The notes beneath the pieces are model-generated. The model made no database searches, was not told the DNA's origin, and saw only the letters and a program-made list of their open reading frames with translations. 64,000 bases of DNA from Laetmonice hystrix (taxonomy: Eukaryota), in assembly GCA_965235115.1 (NCBI GenBank), contig OZ249436.1, forward strand, positions 45,820,001 through 45,884,000. Reading direction: 5' to 3'. Below are positions 60,129 through 64,000 of this stretch, in pieces; the stretch's first letter is position 1; the number at the start of each line of letters is the position of its first letter. The translations under genes and the position numbers were made by a program.

Positions 60129-60720
60129 CGTGAGTTATGGCATTTTACGTCATGTGACATTCTGACATCTTGGTTCATGACAGTCTATACGGACAGGGAT
60201 GGGGATGTTAACATTTGTTTACTGTATAATGTGCTAATACTAGGAATTATAATAGGAATATACACATTTGTCCGTGAGTCATGACATTTTACGTCATGTG
60301 ACATTCTGACATCTTGGACCATGACAGTCTATGCGGACAGGGGTCGGGATGTTAACATTTGTTTACTGTATAATGTGCTAATACTAGGAATTATAATAGG
60401 AATATACACATTTGTCCGTGAGTCATGACATTTTACGTCATGTGACATTCTGACATCTTGGTTCATGACAGTCTATACGGACAGAGGTGGGGATGTTAAC
60501 ATTTGTTTAAGAGTATACGAAAGACGTCTTTCTCGCCGGGCATTTGTTTACTGTATATTTTGTGCGAATACTAGGAATTTACATTTGTCCGTGAGTCATG
60601 GCATTTTACGTCATGTGACATTCTGACATCTTGGTTCATGACAGTCTATACGGACAGAGGTGGGGGATGTTAACATTTGTTTAAGAGTATACGAAAGACG
60701 TCTTTCTCACCGGGCATTTG
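60129..60720. repeat. ~144-bp tandem repeat, ~4 copies, upstream of the gene
   Basis: cgtgagtcatgacattttacgtcatgtgacattctgacatcttgg.. Confidence 0.9.
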
Positions 60721-61708
60721 AGCGCTCTCGTATCTGTTGTAGAATTTGTTGTGTTGGTAACATTTTGCTCTGACTTCCTGCCATCAGCTCGCCATAAAGA
60801 GAAAATGAGGATCTGTCCTCATCTGTTCCAGGGTATCTTAATAGATATAAATAAAAAGGGGTTAAAAGACGGAAGATTAAATGCCCCCTCCCCCCTCTGC
60901 CGCAAACAGTTGGATCCATGAGTACAAAGTGACTCAGCACGACGTAGTCTCTAAGGATGTGGTGAATGACATCCTGGTTTAGTTATAGGTCATCCAGAAC
61001 CGTTCCTACTTGAGACCTGGTACAGGCCTTCTGATTGTCTAAGAAAGGGAGGGGCCGTGTGTGTGTGAGGTGGGGGTGGGGTGGGGGGCTTGTATGGTTC
61101 TGTCCTTACACATTCCGATTATGAAATTAACTTGAAAGATCTGCGGGGCAGACGAATATGATTAACCTCAGCAAATAAACATAACTGTTCTCAGAGATCT
61201 ATGTGTGCCAGGGTGTCCCCATGGAGTAGATCTACGCGCAACAACATGGACAAGCTTCACTAACTTTTGTTTGTTATTCAAAAAATGCGAGAACAAAATA
61301 AAAGGGCGAATAGGGCTATACTCCACAGTGTCTGCCGTGTGCTGGGAACTCATTGAAGGTAGTATTTACCTCGAGCTCAGCAGTCACTCGCGGGTCTAAG
61401 TAAGTCTGTATCACCTTAAAACAGATAGCCCACCGTGTGTCGGCAGTCACCATTGTAACGTAACGTGACGTATAACGTCGCGTGACGTGTGACATAATGT
61501 ATAAAGTCATGTGACGTAACGTATAACGTCGTATGTCCGTATAACGTTACACGTCACGCGACGTTATACGTTACGTTATATCTAATGGTCGGAAATGAAA
61601 GATCACACACAATGATTTCTTCTCTGTGTTTTATCATAACTATAGCCGTAACTAGCACCGTTACCTCGGAAAGAACTCCGATTCGCAGGAGAAACAGGGG
61701 CAAAACCA

Positions 61709-63332
61709 GCCCACACCTCTGACGTCAAACAATGTCTGGTGTTAGAACAGTGTCGGCCCACACCTCTGACGTCAAACAATGTCTGGTGTTAGAAACATTG
61801 TCGGCCCACACCTCTGACGTCAAACAATGTCTGGTGTTAGAACAGTGTCGGCCCACACCCCAGATGTCAAACAATGTCTGGTGTTAGAAACATTGTAGGC
61901 CCACACCTCTGACGTCAAACAATGTCTGGTGTTAGAACAGTGTAGGCCCACACCTCTGACGTCAAACAATGTCTGGTGTTAGAAACAGTGTCGACCCACA
62001 CCTCTGACGTCAAACAATGTCTGGTGTTAGAACAGTGTCGACCCACACCTCTGACGTCAAACCATGTCTGGTGTTAGAACAGTGTCGACCCACACCTCTG
62101 ACGTCAAACAATGTCTTGTGTTAGAACAGTGTCGGCCCACACCCCTGACGTCAAACAATGTCTGGTGTTAAAAACAGTGTAGGCCCACACCTCTGACGTC
62201 AAACAATGTCTCGTGTTAGAAACAGTGTAGGCCCACACCTCTGACGTCAAACAATGTCTGGTGTTAGAAACAGTGTAGGCCCACACCCCTGACGTCAAAC
62301 AATGTCTGGTGTTAGAAACAGTGTAGGCCCACACCTCTGACGTCAAACAATGTCTGGTGTTAGAACAGTGTAGGCCCACACCTCTGACGTCAAACAATGT
62401 CTGGTGTTAGAAACAGTGTCGGCCCACACCTCTGACGTCAAACAATGTCTCGTGTTAGAAACAGTGTCGGCCCACACCCCTGATGTCAAACAATGTCTTG
62501 TGTTAGAAACAGTGTCGGCCCACACCCTTGATGTCAAACCATGTCTGGTGTTAAAACAGTGTAGGCCCACACCTCTGACGTCAAACAATGTCTTGTGTTA
62601 GAAACAGTGTCGGCCCACACCCCTGACGTCAAACAATGTCTGGTGTTAGAAACAGTGTAGGCCCACACCCCTGACGTCAAACAATGTCTGGTGTTAGAAA
62701 CAGTGTAGGCCCACACCTCTGACGTCAAACAATGTCTTGTGTTAGAAACAGTGTCGGCCCACACCCCAGATGTCAAACAATGGCTGGTGTTAGAAACAGT
62801 GTAGGCCCACACCCCTGACGTCAAACAATGTCTGGGGCTAGAACAGTGTCGGCCCACACCTCTGACGTCAAACAATGTCTTGTGTTAGAAACAGTGTAGG
62901 CCCACACCTCTGACGTCAAACAATGTCTTGTGTTAGAAACAGTGTAGGTCCACACCCCTGACGTCAAACCATGTCTGGTGTTAGAAAGAGTGTAGGACCA
63001 CACCCCTGACGTCAAACAATGTCTTGTGTTAGAAACAGTGTAGGTCCACACCCCTGACGTCAAACCATGCCTGGTGTTAGAAACAGTGTAGGACCACACC
63101 CCTGACGTCAAACAATGTCTGGTGTTAGAAACAGTGTCGGCCCACACCCCTGCCGTCAAACAATGTCTAGTGTTAGAAACAGTGTAGGCCCACACCTCTG
63201 ACATCAAACAATGTCTCGTGTTAGAAACAGTGTCGGCCCACACCCCTGACGTCAAACAATGTCTGGTGTTAGAAACAGTGTAGGCCCACACCTCTGACGT
63301 CAAACAATGTCTGGGGTTAGAACAGTGTCGGC
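61709..63332. repeat. 47-48-bp minisatellite, ~34 copies, most carrying TGACGTCA
   Basis: cccacacctctgacgtcaaacaatgtctggtgttagaaacagtgtagg. Confidence 0.97.
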
Positions 63333-64000
63333 GCTGTAGGACTTACGCAACGGAAATGGCCTCGGGAGTTTCGATTGTCCCGCCCCCTCGGATTAATAAC
63401 TGGCGCCACCTGGTGAGTATGACGTCAGCTACGCATTCGATTGGTTCTCTATCCCTTCACAAGGTGGCGAGCAACACCAGCATGACCAAAACTGGACTGG
63501 TCAACAGACGCGTCCGCTGGTCAGCCTTAGAACAAAGTGAACGATCTCTGCTTGGAGTGTGACCAACATGGCCATGCGGGATGTAGACTGGTACCCCGAC
63601 CCGACCCCGTTCCGACTGAGACAGTCCCTTTCCCTTTCAGACTGCATCTCGAGGTCGGCTATAAGTTGCAGGTTTTTTTCAAATATTGGCCGCCAGTGCC
63701 AGCCTTGACAGAATGTTACTTTGATAACTTGTCTCCAAACAGATGAACCAGCAATTATAACACATTACTGGCCAGGTGAGGAGAAATAGTAATCCTTGTT
63801 TATAATGAGATGTTACCACGAAATAGAAATTCTCCCTCGCGATCCGGCTGTCAGCCTGGGGAAGACGGTTTCTGCAAACACGTTTCCTGTGATAATATTT
63901 CCTGACAATAGTTTTTCATTTCCATATGCTTCCTTTGTGCTCCCTCATCTTTCTTTTACACGTAAAATACGGTTAGGCCTAATTTGTCTGTTTTTCAATT

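Noticed and set aside
6843..63332. CRISPR-like appearance of the 30-48-bp arrays
   Set aside because: No unique spacers and no cas genes; spliceosomal gene context
63340..63660. Possible exon of a neighbouring gene or an upstream UTR exon
   Set aside because: Splice-like motifs on both strands but no recognisable coding signal

Overview
Animal genomic DNA, probably from a marine invertebrate or lophotrochozoan (taxon is inferred, not determined). One large minus-strand gene dominates the window. I traced it by hand through 47 coding exons, all GT-AG with consistent phases. The model runs from ATG at 58467 to TAA at 119-121, giving 9777 nt and about 3258 aa. It encodes a type-I membrane scavenger receptor cysteine-rich (SRCR, DMBT1-like) protein: signal peptide, 26 SRCR domains in a 3-domain period, a Thr/Pro mucin stalk, a TM helix and a tail with NPxY-type motifs. 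About a third of the window is minisatellite, and each array has its own private unit. Most strikingly, 11 of the 19 arrays among the SRCR exons are tandem copies of the neighbouring splice junction, giving up to tens of decoy donors or acceptors per intron. Two of these arrays lie at inter-domain linkers, are in frame and stop-free over several units, and encode N-glycosylation sequons, so they could give length-variable linkers. Several MITE-like elements and an upstream CRE-containing array are also present. All splicing claims are predictions without transcript data.
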